Positions 31,953 to 42,967 of a DNA stretch of 64,000 nt are shown here, one piece after another (positions within the stretch are counted from its first letter, which is position 1; each line of letters starts with the position of its first letter). Made by a program: the position numbers and the translations under genes. The stretch lies in NCBI GenBank assembly GCA_000091205.1, contig AP006500.2; one strand, 5' to 3'. Origin of the DNA: Cyanidioschyzon merolae (lineage: Eukaryota). A model generated the notes under the pieces. That model was not told the origin of the DNA. It saw only the letters and a program-made list of their open reading frames with translations, and did not search any database.

Positions 31953-34900
31953 TTAACGTGTTTCCGGCTCGCTCAGCATTGGCAACCAAGCTACAAGCAG
32001 CGCCCATTCGTTCCAGGACGCATCTGCTGACGCTCGCTCTGCCATGGAACGCATATGCACATCGCTCATCGGCATACTGCGCTGCGAATCAGAGGCACGG
32101 CATGTACGCCGCTGCATCGCGCTTGCGCTGCCGATACTGGAATCGCCACGCGCTGAACCGATACCGCGCAGCGCCTGACACAGCGCCCCGTACTCCGGAA
32201 GCAACGCGCATCGCAACGGGGCCTGCAACCATCGCAAGCATACCGCATGGCCATACAGGACATGCTCCGGAACAAGCGACCAACCCGAACGAACGTATTG
32301 TCGGCAGCGCTTGACAAGCAGGCTCCGGTCCGGGACGCCAGCTGCTCCCGCTTCAACCATGCGAAAGAGTCGTTCCTCCAGAGACGCCCCCAGGGATGCG
32401 ACGCTGGAGCAACACCAACGCTCCAGTCGCTGCAAAGGCGTCTGTCTCTGTGCCCTTGGCATCCTAGACGCAGCTGCACCGACCCAATGCTGGAGAAGCA
32501 CCAGATCACCCACCCAGAGCGTATGTCGATGTCGATGTCGATGACGCTGGCATGCCGTCTGCAGCACGCTACCCCGACGCACGGCATCCAGCGCATCAAC
32601 CAGCAACAGCCACAGCTCCGTGCAATCCGCCTCCAGGCACAGGTCTAGTGCAGCGCGCCAAAAGGCGATCTCCTGATCATCACCAACGACGTTTCCTGCG
32701 GTCGATGCCTGCACGCATGGGACACGTGTCCCGAATGGAGGCCATGCGTGCGCCGACGATGCGTGCATCCCCATGCTCGCAGTTCGTGCGCTGGATACCC
32801 GCCATGCTTCCTCACCAGTACTTGTTGTGAAAGCGTCTTCCGTCGATGGGGAACGGTGTATGCCTTCTGTGGCGAGGTTAGGCGCGACGGTATCATCAGA
32901 CGCAGCGGGTATCGGGTTTGATGCGTTGCTCCAAGGCGAGCCCGGAAACGCAAGGCCGTAACGAAAAAGCGCGGAAAGCACTGGGTCAGTCGCAAACAAC
33001 TGCATCCAGTCGGCGCTGGGGGCCTTAGCAAGGTAGCGCAGCGGTAGCGAACGACATGTGAGGCCCTTCACCCCGTGAGGATCCCGCAGATACGATAAAT
33101 GGCCGGCGTGACGTCGCACGTACACTACGTAGGCCAAATAGGTATTTGCAAGGGGCTCTATTTCTCGCAGAGCTTCCGCGCTCAGCGAAACTGACCAGTA
33201 GCGCGGAGAGCGGATCACGAGCTCGTGCCAGCTATCCAAGGCCGGTAGCAAACACGGCGTCCAGTCTCGATAACGAACCGGGACGGCGTTCGATGTTCCG
33301 GTGCTGGTGCTGGAGACCATCATGACCTCCACCGGCACCGGGCAAGGTGTACGAGTGTCGGCGTCGAGCGTCACAAAGCAGCGCGCTTCTGCTGCCAGCA
33401 CGTACAAGTGACGGAGCGCCTGCAGGTGGTACTGGTTATCGCTAGGCGCGGCTGGATATCGAGGATACAGCGCTGCCAACAGGAGCGCCGTCTGCAGACG
33501 ATGACAACTACTGAGCGCCACTGTTCCACCGCCCAGGAACACAAGACCTAGCGCCAAATGCCGAGCTAGGTGGTTTCCATAGGTTTCACCGCTTGTCGTC
33601 CGAGACAAGGTCGACGGCCGCGTCGCGCCTGCCATTCCACTGGACGTCAACCCAGCGACAATTCCAGTGGCACCTCGTCGACAGAGCAGCCGTCGCAAGC
33701 GCCGATATACAGAGTGCGTTCCGTGACCCGCGCACACCACGGCCATAGCAATGCTCAGGTTATCAATGCAAGCGAGAAGCCACGGCGCTGCGGAACTGTT
33801 GGCACTAGCTGTGTAGCGGAGGTCCACCAGGTCGAGCAGCTTTTCCAGGATGCGTCTCGCTTGCGGATGAGCGGTACCTGCCAGTTTCAGGGCCATCGCC
33901 AATGCCTGTCCCGTCAAGGCCAGAAGCATGTAGAGCCGCACGACAGCAGGGCGCTGAGGCGCTCCGCTGCCCAGCAAATCCGCCGAGCTGCGCGCTGCAG
34001 ACTCGATCTGCTCGGTTTCCGCTGGCACCACAGGATCGTTGGCAACGGCCACATACCACCGGCTGATCCGGCTTGTACCGGCTCCTGTGGCGAGGCCCTG
34101 TGAACGAAGCGTCGAATTCTCCTCCCGAGGCTGATCGCCACGGTGCGCAGCTTCTCGATTTCTGTCCGCTTGCCACTGGGCAGCCAATGGTGCCGGCAAC
34201 TCAGAGAGCATCCAGTCCCAACTGGGACTCATCGCGTCCCAGCGAATGAGTGCTGCTGCAAGCGAGCGCAGCAGCACCAGTTCCGGGCGTAGCAGCCACA
34301 AGGCTCGCTGCCCACTGCGCGGCGGACCCAGTTTTCGGGCCATGGCCTCATCGTTGCTGCGCAGGTACCAGACTGTCAGGGCCATCAGGGCACCCACAGC
34401 AGCAGCAGAAGCATCACTGGGGATACGCTCGGGATCGAGCAGCGCCTGCGGGCCGCTATCCACGGCGGGCATGCTACTCGTTGTGATTCCCGCGCGGAAT
34501 AATGATGATGTGGAAAATGATGATGATATTGATAATGATGGTGATGATGCTCTACCTTGTTCTGTTTCTCCTTCTGCTCCGATGCGCACCGATGACCACG
34601 AGTCGTCCGCTTCAAGACCACTACGGCTTTCTAGACGAGCGCCACGCCCTAGTGTCCCGGTTACCGAATCGTATCCAGCTCGAGTTGGCAACCTCGTGGT
34701 TGCATACGATGCACCATCATCATCACCATTATTATAGTCGTCGTCGTCTTCATTCCCGAGCGCTGTTGGCGCTCCACCTGGAACATTCGCTTGCAACCGC
34801 GTCGTCGTCGCACCCAATGCTCCATCCGTTAGACCACTCGCAAGAACACCAGGAACATCATGTGGAACAGGCGCATTAGCAGTAGCAGCATGCGTACCGG

Positions 34901-37900
34901 GAGCAGCGTTCGTTTCCCCATGAACAGTACCAGCAGTACCACTACGCCTTTCACGACGGGCGACAGGACGACGCTCCTCACGAGCGGGCAATTTAGCCGA
35001 GCTCAAACGCATTGGTGCATCGTCTGCATCACCGGCACCGGTACGCGTCACTAGTGCCACCAGACTGCCAACATAGCGTCGAGCGGCTGTCGCGGGACCT
35101 GTCACCATGTCGCTGACGTTCGCTCCTGTTGCAGCGCTGCGCTGTTCGCTTGCAGCCTCTGGCAAGCCCACCAGTCCGAGTGCCAGTCCAGCGGCCAGCG
35201 CATGCGCCTCACGGTCGCGACGGACACTCCAGGGCCAACCGCTGGTATTGTTGGTGTTGCTGGTGCCGGCTGCCGAGCCTGCGAAACCGCCACTCGCTGC
35301 CATCACTCCGGCACCAAGAGAACCGGTAGCAGGTGCAGCTGCACCTGTCGAAGCCGCAGCAGCAATGGAGGATGCCATCGCCACACCGGCTCCGTCGCAG
35401 AGTTCCACAAACAAACCCTCGAGGATAGCTTTGCGTCCACTGCAGGCAAACACAAGACCCATTGCCAACACTGCAGCGCTCTGAACCGCTGGTGATACAT
35501 CCCAGTCGGGTTGTGCAAATCCGGTAGGATTGAAGGCGCGAATATGCAGACCCGCCAGACGCGCAACCAACGCGTGCGCCGTGCCGCCGTACGAAGCCCC
35601 GAGTCCCAACAACAACGCGATGCTCGTCAGCTCATGTCGAGGTAACAGGTACGCATACCAGTCGGTAACCTGAAGCTGCCGCAAATGCCCGTGCAGACCC
35701 AGAGCCAAAACGAGTCCAGCGTGCGACGCAGTTGGTCGACTCGGCTTCTGTTGACGGATCCAGGCGCGAGTCACAGGGACCTGGGCGGTAAACGCCAGCT
35801 CCTGCTGCGCTGGCACACCACTCCGGGTCGCTGACGAGCCCCCAGATGCCTCGGGCGCGCCAGGGACTAGTCGACCGCGGATCCAGGTCGGAAAGCGAGT
35901 GCTGCTCGGCCGCAACCGCAGACCTGCTGCTACAGCGTTGTGGAACGCGCCCCATTCAAAGTAAGCAGCTGGTAGTACGCTAGCATCCAACTGGATGGGC
36001 GTCGATCGCTGCGGCAGTCGTCCGGAGAGCACCAACGGTGGCACCAGCAGCGTCTTGGTAGAGTCATCCACTGTTCCTGTCCAGGCGGTGAAAGCGCCTC
36101 GACCTATCGGGGCGGCGAGCGTGCGCTGTGCACTGGCAAAGAGCTGTGCTTGCACCTCGGATGGGGACAATAATGGCGACGACGACGACGACCCCAGTGT
36201 TGTTGTTTCGGTTGTTGCTGCAGTCGCTGCTGGATCAGGGTCGGTGAGCAACACGGGCACTGCCGAACGCAGCAGACGCTGGACTTGCCAGAGTCGTCGA
36301 TCAGCGCGAAACCGCAACCAGGGTATGATGCTGGTTAGTTCACAGCCATCGAGGTGATTCGGATGGACGACACCACGACCTCCCTGTTGTCGTCGTCGTC
36401 GTCGTCGACAACGGCGATCGTGATGATGATGGTGATAATCGTAGCGCTGCGGGATGGCATGCGTCGCAGCACTAGTTCCGGCAGCAGACGGGAACGAGCG
36501 TTCACGAGAGGGCCCAGGATCCGCCCTGAACAGCGCTACTGAATTGCCGTCGTCATCGACATCTTCATCATCGATGCCATCGTCATCGTCATCGATGTCG
36601 ATGTCGTCATCGTCGAGGAACAGCGCCCCTTCGACATCATCATCGTCATCATCGTCATCAGTGCCGTGGTGGTGGCGACGGTGGTGGTGTTCCGGATGCT
36701 TCGCTATAGCCAGCGCGGATGCAGAGCTCGACGGCATCCAGGCACGAAGAGGAGCAGCACCATTCGAGCTGCTTTTGGTGAAGGAGGAGGCAGCAACGCG
36801 CCCGGGTCCAGCGCTGGATGCATACAGGTCGCTCGTCACCTGAGCAGCAAAGCGCTCAACGGAAGGATTCAGCCACAGTCGAGAGGTGATGTTTGTTCCG
36901 AGCGCTTCACGGGACGCTGCCCCGCTCGCACGAGTCGCGCTGAACCAGGTAGCTCCCTGGACACTGCCGGAGCCCGCTCCAGTAGGCGAAAGGCCGCTCT
37001 GGAGGCGCAGCATCGCCATCTCTGGTTCGGGGAGCGCTGGGAGCCATCCCGCTACAGCTGCAGCACTAGAAACCACGCCAGCTGCCGCCAGCTCTGAATC
37101 AGCATCCGAATTGCCGGCACCAGGATGCACTTGTGGAGCGGGCTCGGAGCGCAGCCCCGCTAAAGCGTGTTGCAGCGGCAGTGCGATGCCCACTGGTAAG
37201 CGAGCGAGCGTACGCGCGTCAAGACGTATTCCCTCCTGGTGAAGGCTAACCAGTCCAGCGTCACAGGGATGCTGTAGCGGTACGGAAACCTCTGGTATAG
37301 CAGACTGCTCTGCTACAATCGTCTCGGTCGTGGAGTCCAGAGCAGCGGTTCCCACTGGACCAACACCAGCGTGCGCCGGCGACAGCTCAGTTGACGCTCC
37401 TGTGGATTCACCGGATGACGTCGATTGTTGACAGTGCTCTAGACGCTCGAAAAAAGTGACAAGTTGCGCAAGTCGAGCGACTGGATTCGGGAACTCATCT
37501 GGATGCCGGTCGTTCACGAACTCGCGCACCAGCGGTGCATCCAGTGGATGTCGCTCTGCAGAAAGACCAGAGGGAGCAGTGGAAAGCGTAGAAGCAAACG
37601 CGGCGGGAAACTGCGCCAGCATGTCCTTCGCGGGCCTGCAGCACGCTCTATCTGTTTTGTATATGCCCAGTAGTAATGGCAAACGATCCTGCAACCAGTC
37701 AAAGATGTTCAACGGTGCTTCCGAATCATCGGTGAGATATAAAGACGACTCCACGCGCTGCTGATTGCTCTGCTGATCGCTAATGCTGGCTACTTCCGCA
37801 TCCACCGGGAGGTGCAAAGACGTTTCCGCACCTTGTCCATTGTGCTGGTGATCGCATATCCGAGCTTCTTCCGGATCAGCGGTGCTGCTCCTTTCACTAG

Positions 37901-40900
37901 CCTTGTCCAGAGAGCGTGAATGTCGAAGCAAACTGGATGCTTCCAAGGACTCATCGCTTGAAGCAGGGTGCAATGTTCCCGAAGAAACACTCGAACGCTC
38001 ACATGATTCCGGCATATCGCGTTGATAGTACTCCCAGTAACGTAGAGCGTTTGCCGCTAGTGCCACTTTTTTCAGGAAATGATTCACGGACAGCAACGCT
38101 TGCCAATAGATTTGGTCGAGCTTGAATGCTTCGTAGAGGGTATGAAACGCCACCAGCAGCGATTTCCATGGAACTGTTTCAGGGAGCTGCGCACCAGCGT
38201 ACTGTAGCTCACAGCGTAGGCGTAGCAGACACTCGCCCGAAGCAGTACCGCTAGGTTCTGGTCCCGTTTCCCAGCAGAATGGGCAGCCTTTGACGCGCTC
38301 TGCACGTCTTGTCGTAACGACAGATGAGCCTTGCATTGGTGTTCCGCGGTAGCATCGCGAACAAGGTTGTTCCCTTGTCCTTGCATCGCAGGCAGCACGT
38401 CCAGTCGAAGGTGCCTCGGCGGCGGCGGCAGCAGCAGCAGCAGCAGCAGCAGTTGTAGTTGTAGCGGTCTCTGGCGTGCACTTGGCTGCATCGCTTCTAG
38501 TTGCTGTTGATGCTTTTGCTGTTCGTTGTTCTGTACTAACGCGCTCGTCACCGCGGTGACTTGCCGCCGACGAGCACGACCGCTCGCTGCCTCGCGTCCA
38601 GGGCGCCGACTGTGTCGCCAGTCGGAGTGGCGACAATGAAAGTTGACCTTGTGAATCGTGGATCGCTTCAGAGGCGCTCCCCGTGGCTATATGTTCGCGT
38701 TCAGGGACCAGTGACGAGTGCATCTCGTCGAAAGCGCTTGCCGAAATGTCCCAAAGCCAGCCGGGAAGTACGCCAGGCGCTGGTCGCGCGCTTGCCTTTA
38801 AAATACTTGTCTTTGGCGAGGACAAGTCCGGCACGCTTCGCCAGTGACTTGCGTCGGTGGGTGCAGCGCCACCGCTTGCCCGCTGTCCAGCATTACGACA
38901 ACTGCTGCTGCTGCTGCTGCTGCTGCTGCAAAACGTTCCCCGTTCTGGATAGCGCTGATGCATCCACTGGTGTCGATGAGGTTGCTGCAGAGCCCGCCAA
39001 AACGCATCCAATTGTTTTTCAAGTTCGTTTGAAGCGGTGCCTTGCGTCTCGGCAGCTTGGGGCCTCCAGACCTCCTCGATGAACGCCAGATAGATTTGCA
39101 TACTGACTGCCGCAGGCAGCGTTCTTCGACAAGCGCCCCAGAGCTGGTGCATAATCGGAAGCGGCTCACGGAGTAGACGACTCAAACAGACCCGATACTG
39201 TTGGCCATCTGCGAGCGTTAACGTGAAACGACACTTCACTGCATTGGCGAGCCAGACTGGTGCAGCTGTCTTACCGAGCAGCCGCAGATACCCGACGGGT
39301 TCAGCACCGAACTGGAGACGCAGTCGCGGCTTGGGCGTTCCCCCAAGGAGGACGAGCAGATCCAACATGCCGGGTCGCAAAGCCTCGACCGCCGCCATTG
39401 CCTGCACGCCACGTTGAACAAAGACAAGCTCCGCGCTCTTCATCAACCGCGGCTGTGCTGGCGTTGAAAAGAGCTCCAAGCCACGCAGCGTCTCACCAAT
39501 GAGCAGACACAGCAACGGTGAAATGTGCACGCCTCTTCCTCCGGCACCTGACCAGGGATGTGCGAAGCAGGCCGCTCGAAACGTATCGTTGGGGTCCACC
39601 AGACCCTGTTCCCAGACCAAAGCCAGTTGGACCGGCCCGCTATCGAACGTTGTATCGTTCTGCGTATCTCCGGTTGTTCGATCCTGCAGAAGATACACCC
39701 GAATGGTGTGGTGCTCGGTCGGCGACGACCTCGACGTTCCGTGACAGCGTTGCGTTACCAGCACTGGATAGCGAGCGTCCGTGAAAACAATGCGTTCCTG
39801 GATCTCGAGTTCTTCCAGTTCGTACGGCTCATTCAACGGATGCCACAGCACCAGTTTGCGTCCATCGGCGAGGGCAACTACCAGACCTCGCGGTAGCGCA
39901 TGAAGCGCCAGTATGACGGCACGAGCGGTCGGCATTGCTTCCATCATCATGGTCGTCATTGGAGGATACAAGCGACTGGAACTTGAGCCAGTCAACCTTT
40001 GGGTGCTCTCTCGCTGGACCCCGGTGAGCAGCGTTGACGTCTGCTCTGAAACTGCGGACTTGTGCAAGCCGCTCGGCAGACTCGCAACGCCACGTCGTGG
40101 ACCGCCTTGACTGAAGCTGTTCGAACCACCCTTCGCGACAAATGAGACACTATGCATCCTTCCGTCCTGCCAGTTGAATACTTGAAGTAGGCGACCAGCA
40201 TCCTGAACCGAGCACCAGCCGACAAAGGAGCGTGCGCCCTCCGCATCGGCTGCTGGTTGCCAAAGTGACCGCCCCGATCCAGGAGGTAGCTCCTCCGCCG
40301 AGGCGTCGCAAAAGTTCGCAAAAGCAGCCCACGCATGCATAGGTCCGAGCCGATCCCCGGCACTTGTCGGTACGTCGGAGCAGCACACTGCACATGCTGG
40401 GAAGCTTTGGGCTCCTCGCCGTACCGCGAACGCCTCGGCGTCCGTTTCGAACCAGGTATATCGAACGAGATCCGCAGATCGCCACTGTAAAGCCCAGGTC
40501 AAGTCCTTGGAAGCGTCGCCACCTCGGCTACGCTGTTTTGGATGCCAAACAAGCGCCTCTTCCGGTGCGCAGAGGAGGTTCTCCGAGTGGCCGCCTCGCG
40601 AGCTGCAGGAAAAGAACCAGACGCGGTCTGCGATGCCGTGCTGGTCCACCAAACGATAGAGGTAGTCACGATCGCTCCCCTGAGACAGTTCCAGGCAACC
40701 AGAGGCAGTGACGGACACAGGAATAGTCACATTCGCCATAAAGGCCGGCAGTGCAAGTCCAGCGCAGCGGTCCACCACGAAGAGCAGTTCTGTAGCAGAC
40801 TGGCGCCGCGCGTTACCGCCGCCAGTGGTGGTGCACGAGTCGCAACGACTCCAACGCGCGGGAAAACGGCTCGGAAGCGCTCGGTCATCAGCACAAAGCT

Positions 40901-40928
40901 TGTGTTGTGTGCCTGCGGGACTGGTCAC
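31953..40928 (-). CDS. Anaphase-promoting complex subunit 1 (APC1) homolog, expanded to 2991 aa
   Basis: A block of PC (proteasome/cyclosome) repeats typical of APC1/Rpn1/Rpn2: 'AGLVLALGLHGH', 'IALLLGLGASYGGTAH', 'AAVLAMGLVFACSGRKA', 'LAAGLALGLVGL', 'ARHLALGLVFLGGGTVALS'. The N-terminal region is beta-propeller-like. It carries large low-complexity insertions (D/H/A/S/T homopolymers, e.g. HHHRRHHHGTDDDDDDDDVEG...DDDDIDIDDDDDGIDDEDVDDDG). Confidence 0.65.
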   Translation of the reverse strand: MTSPAGTQHKLCADDRALPSRFPARWSRCDSCTTTGGGNARRQSATELLFVVDRCAGLALPAFMANVTIPVSVTASGCLELSQGSDRDYLYRLVDQHGIADRVWFFSCSSRGGHSENLLCAPEEALVWHPKQRSRGGDASKDLTWALQWRSADLVRYTWFETDAEAFAVRRGAQSFPACAVCCSDVPTSAGDRLGPMHAWAAFANFCDASAEELPPGSGRSLWQPAADAEGARSFVGWCSVQDAGRLLQVFNWQDGRMHSVSFVAKGGSNSFSQGGPRRGVASLPSGLHKSAVSEQTSTLLTGVQRESTQRLTGSSSSRLYPPMTTMMMEAMPTARAVILALHALPRGLVVALADGRKLVLWHPLNEPYELEELEIQERIVFTDARYPVLVTQRCHGTSRSSPTEHHTIRVYLLQDRTTGDTQNDTTFDSGPVQLALVWEQGLVDPNDTFRAACFAHPWSGAGGRGVHISPLLCLLIGETLRGLELFSTPAQPRLMKSAELVFVQRGVQAMAAVEALRPGMLDLLVLLGGTPKPRLRLQFGAEPVGYLRLLGKTAAPVWLANAVKCRFTLTLADGQQYRVCLSRLLREPLPIMHQLWGACRRTLPAAVSMQIYLAFIEEVWRPQAAETQGTASNELEKQLDAFWRALQQPHRHQWMHQRYPERGTFCSSSSSSSSSCRNAGQRASGGAAPTDASHWRSVPDLSSPKTSILKASARPAPGVLPGWLWDISASAFDEMHSSLVPEREHIATGSASEAIHDSQGQLSLSPLRLATQSAPWTRGSERSCSSAASHRGDERVSTEQRTAKASTATRSDAAKCTPETATTTTAAAAAAAAAAAEAPSTGRAACDARTREQPCSRCYRGTPMQGSSVVTTRRAERVKGCPFCWETGPEPSGTASGECLLRLRCELQYAGAQLPETVPWKSLLVAFHTLYEAFKLDQIYWQALLSVNHFLKKVALAANALRYWEYYQRDMPESCERSSVSSGTLHPASSDESLEASSLLRHSRSLDKASERSSTADPEEARICDHQHNGQGAETSLHLPVDAEVASISDQQSNQQRVESSLYLTDDSEAPLNIFDWLQDRLPLLLGIYKTDRACCRPAKDMLAQFPAAFASTLSTAPSGLSAERHPLDAPLVREFVNDRHPDEFPNPVARLAQLVTFFERLEHCQQSTSSGESTGASTELSPAHAGVGPVGTAALDSTTETIVAEQSAIPEVSVPLQHPCDAGLVSLHQEGIRLDARTLARLPVGIALPLQHALAGLRSEPAPQVHPGAGNSDADSELAAAGVVSSAAAVAGWLPALPEPEMAMLRLQSGLSPTGAGSGSVQGATWFSATRASGAASREALGTNITSRLWLNPSVERFAAQVTSDLYASSAGPGRVAASSFTKSSSNGAAPLRAWMPSSSASALAIAKHPEHHHRRHHHGTDDDDDDDDVEGALFLDDDDIDIDDDDDGIDDEDVDDDGNSVALFRADPGPSRERSFPSAAGTSAATHAIPQRYDYHHHHHDRRCRRRRRRQQGGRGVVHPNHLDGCELTSIIPWLRFRADRRLWQVQRLLRSAVPVLLTDPDPAATAATTETTTLGSSSSSPLLSPSEVQAQLFASAQRTLAAPIGRGAFTAWTGTVDDSTKTLLVPPLVLSGRLPQRSTPIQLDASVLPAAYFEWGAFHNAVAAGLRLRPSSTRFPTWIRGRLVPGAPEASGGSSATRSGVPAQQELAFTAQVPVTRAWIRQQKPSRPTASHAGLVLALGLHGHLRQLQVTDWYAYLLPRHELTSIALLLGLGASYGGTAHALVARLAGLHIRAFNPTGFAQPDWDVSPAVQSAAVLAMGLVFACSGRKAILEGLFVELCDGAGVAMASSIAAAASTGAAAPATGSLGAGVMAASGGFAGSAAGTSNTNNTSGWPWSVRRDREAHALAAGLALGLVGLPEAASEQRSAATGANVSDMVTGPATAARRYVGSLVALVTRTGAGDADDAPMRLSSAKLPAREERRPVARRERRSGTAGTVHGETNAAPGTHAATANAPVPHDVPGVLASGLTDGALGATTTRLQANVPGGAPTALGNEDDDDYNNGDDDGASYATTRLPTRAGYDSVTGTLGRGARLESRSGLEADDSWSSVRIGAEGETEQGRASSPSLSISSSFSTSSLFRAGITTSSMPAVDSGPQALLDPERIPSDASAAAVGALMALTVWYLRSNDEAMARKLGPPRSGQRALWLLRPELVLLRSLAAALIRWDAMSPSWDWMLSELPAPLAAQWQADRNREAAHRGDQPREENSTLRSQGLATGAGTSRISRWYVAVANDPVVPAETEQIESAARSSADLLGSGAPQRPAVVRLYMLLALTGQALAMALKLAGTAHPQARRILEKLLDLVDLRYTASANSSAAPWLLACIDNLSIAMAVVCAGHGTHSVYRRLRRLLCRRGATGIVAGLTSSGMAGATRPSTLSRTTSGETYGNHLARHLALGLVFLGGGTVALSSCHRLQTALLLAALYPRYPAAPSDNQYHLQALRHLYVLAAEARCFVTLDADTRTPCPVPVEVMMVSSTSTGTSNAVPVRYRDWTPCLLPALDSWHELVIRSPRYWSVSLSAEALREIEPLANTYLAYVVYVRRHAGHLSYLRDPHGVKGLTCRSLPLRYLAKAPSADWMQLFATDPVLSALFRYGLAFPGSPWSNASNPIPAASDDTVAPNLATEGIHRSPSTEDAFTTSTGEEAWRVSSARTASMGMHASSAHAWPPFGTRVPCVQASTAGNVVGDDQEIAFWRAALDLCLEADCTELWLLLVDALDAVRRGSVLQTACQRHRHRHRHTLWVGDLVLLQHWVGAAASRMPRAQRQTPLQRLERWCCSSVASLGASLEERLFRMVEAGAAGVPDRSLLVKRCRQYVRSGWSLVPEHVLYGHAVCLRWLQAPLRCALLPEYGALCQALRGIGSARGDSSIGSASAMQRRTCRASDSQRSMPMSDVHMRSMAERASADASWNEWALLVAWLPMLSEPETR

Positions 40929-41542
40929 CGATGAGCATGGTGCAGAGAACGAGGCTCCGGGAGCGCCTCCTGAGTGTTCTGTGGATGCAGCGGACGAGCG
41001 CGGCTTGGAACGATCCAGCAGGAGCGCACAGGTCCTCAGGGACGCTCGTTGCGTCCAGTTTTCTACGAAGCGAGTTTAGGCGAAATGCTGGGACAAGCGC
41101 CACGACTTGCAGTGCGGGCAGTACAGTGCACACACAGAGGCACCGCTCTACGGACGGAGACAACCTACGCGTGAACTCCAGGAAACCGGTAGAGGTCACT
41201 GGGGAAGCGCTGCGGCTTGGGGCAGGCACACGCGCTTTCCCGGGAGCGGTTCACGCTTCTCTGCAGCAGGATCGTACTTTTTCTGCAGGCACGCAAGCGT
41301 CTTCCGCTGGTGGCTCGCAGACGCCTCGTGCAGTTGCCGGTGCAGCAGCGCCAACTGCTGCGAGCGACTCCGATGGTGGAGCTGCTGCTTCGGAGACAGC
41401 GCAAGGTACCACACGTGCCAAGTTTGAGCAACAACCGCTTCCGTCGTCAGCGCACAGTGTATCGGGACGAACACTCAGCGGCCTAGCGTATTTGAAAGCC
41501 CTTTGGGCTGAATATCCCAAGCGAGGCTTTTGGGGTACCCTG

Positions 41543-41998
41543 ATGGCGATCCGTACCGGACGGGTGGGCATGTATGACACCTGCCTCGTTGGCATCGATG
41601 AGTTCGGAAACCGCTACTATGAAAATCGTGCAGCCAGCTACATGCGTGATCGCTGGTGTGAGTACAGGGACGGCAAAAACGCAGACCCAGTCTGTATACC
41701 GCCTGAGTGGCACGCGTGGCTCCACCATTTTGTGGATGATCCACCGGTGTCTGCAAACGACAAGTGGGTGCGTCCGTTGTTTGTGAAACCTCCGCATCCG
41801 AACTATTCCGGAACATCGCAGGCGTATGCGCCTCGGAATAGTCCCCGGAGCCCCGCGTACATTGGACATCTGGCGACTTCCGTGGTTGAGTCCTGGCAGG
41901 CGCAGACTACGCTACAGAGGCAGCGCAAGCCGCGGGCCTTAACTCCTGCCCGTGAAAAGACATCCCCAGAACCGGATCAGCGATTGGACTTGCCTTGA
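41543..41998 (+). CDS. NADH dehydrogenase [ubiquinone] 1 alpha subcomplex subunit 12 family (NDUFA12/B17.2, or its paralog NDUFAF2)
   Basis: 'CLVGIDEFGNRYYEN', 'RWCEY', and 'IPPEWHAWLHHFVDDPP' (cf. VPPEWHRWLHCMTDDPP). About 151 aa from MAIRTGR... (in frame, verified). The ORF extends upstream to 40907, overlapping the APC1 5' end, but that extension is low-complexity Ala/Ser/Arg and probably non-coding. Confidence 0.7.
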   Translation: MAIRTGRVGMYDTCLVGIDEFGNRYYENRAASYMRDRWCEYRDGKNADPVCIPPEWHAWLHHFVDDPPVSANDKWVRPLFVKPPHPNYSGTSQAYAPRNSPRSPAYIGHLATSVVESWQAQTTLQRQRKPRALTPAREKTSPEPDQRLDLP

Positions 41999-42967
41999 GG
42001 TCCAAGAGATTTGTGTCCGGCTCGAAGAAGACTCGAAGAGGATTCGATTCGGGTACCAGAGCCGGATCAGGGAATGCTCTGGTCGACGCCGATTCGAAGG
42101 CGGATGTTTTTCAGCAGGAAAACGGAATCTACGAGCGAGGATGGATTGCGAAAAGTGCAGGATCTTTGCGAGCATACTACTGTAGGTTAGGTCTGGTTTC
42201 GCTTCGCGAGAATTGGAAGCATGTCTTGTTCGTTGAAAGAGGGAAAAGCGATACGACTCAGTACTGCATGTTGGTTTGTGTAGGCGCGCAAGGCATTTTG
42301 ATTTTTTGTGGAAATCATGAGCAGTCATGTGCATCATCCGCGTTGTATATGTTTGTGTGTCGAGGTGTGCGCTTGTTTTTCATGCGTGGCTGGAGCAGTC
42401 GCGTTGCGCACTCTACCATGGGAGCGTACGCTCATTTACGAGCACCGCTCGAGCAGGAGCAAGCACAAGGCTGCACGCCTCGAAAAATGCTTGCTTGCTC
42501 AGTGCGCTACCGGTTCAGCGGCATAACATACTGTATCTTGAGAGCGCTGGCTCTTTTCCGAGCATCACTCAAGCGGGAGCACCAGGATAGCACATGTTCG
42601 GTGAGGCATTGGAATGCGTCCATACTTGGCAGTATAATGAGTGCTACGCTGGTCTTTGGCCGAGACACCAGCTAGTTCGAATACTGTGCGTCGTTTGTGG
42701 GCGCTGCGCAGGCCGGCCCCCGAGCACGCCTTGTGAAGAGGGGCGTCTGCAAACCTGCGATGCGGATGCAATCGTCAAGCCGCTCGTTATCATGCGTTGT
42801 CTAAACGAACACGAGCTTGGACTAGTTGCTTCTGCGCGTAAAATTCCTCTCTCAGTGGAACGCACTGCCGCATAGCTCGCAGCGGCCGATAACGCTTGGT
42901 GTTCAGCTGCAGGGCACTGGAACCCTGAGCATCTGTGACAGATCCGCACCTACACCGCAAATGACGT

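Noticed and set aside
40907-41542. 5' extension of the NDUFA12 ORF overlapping the APC1 start region
   Set aside because: It is low-complexity Ala/Ser/Arg/Thr, and NDUFA12-family proteins are about 145 aa. The extension would force two genes to overlap head-to-head.
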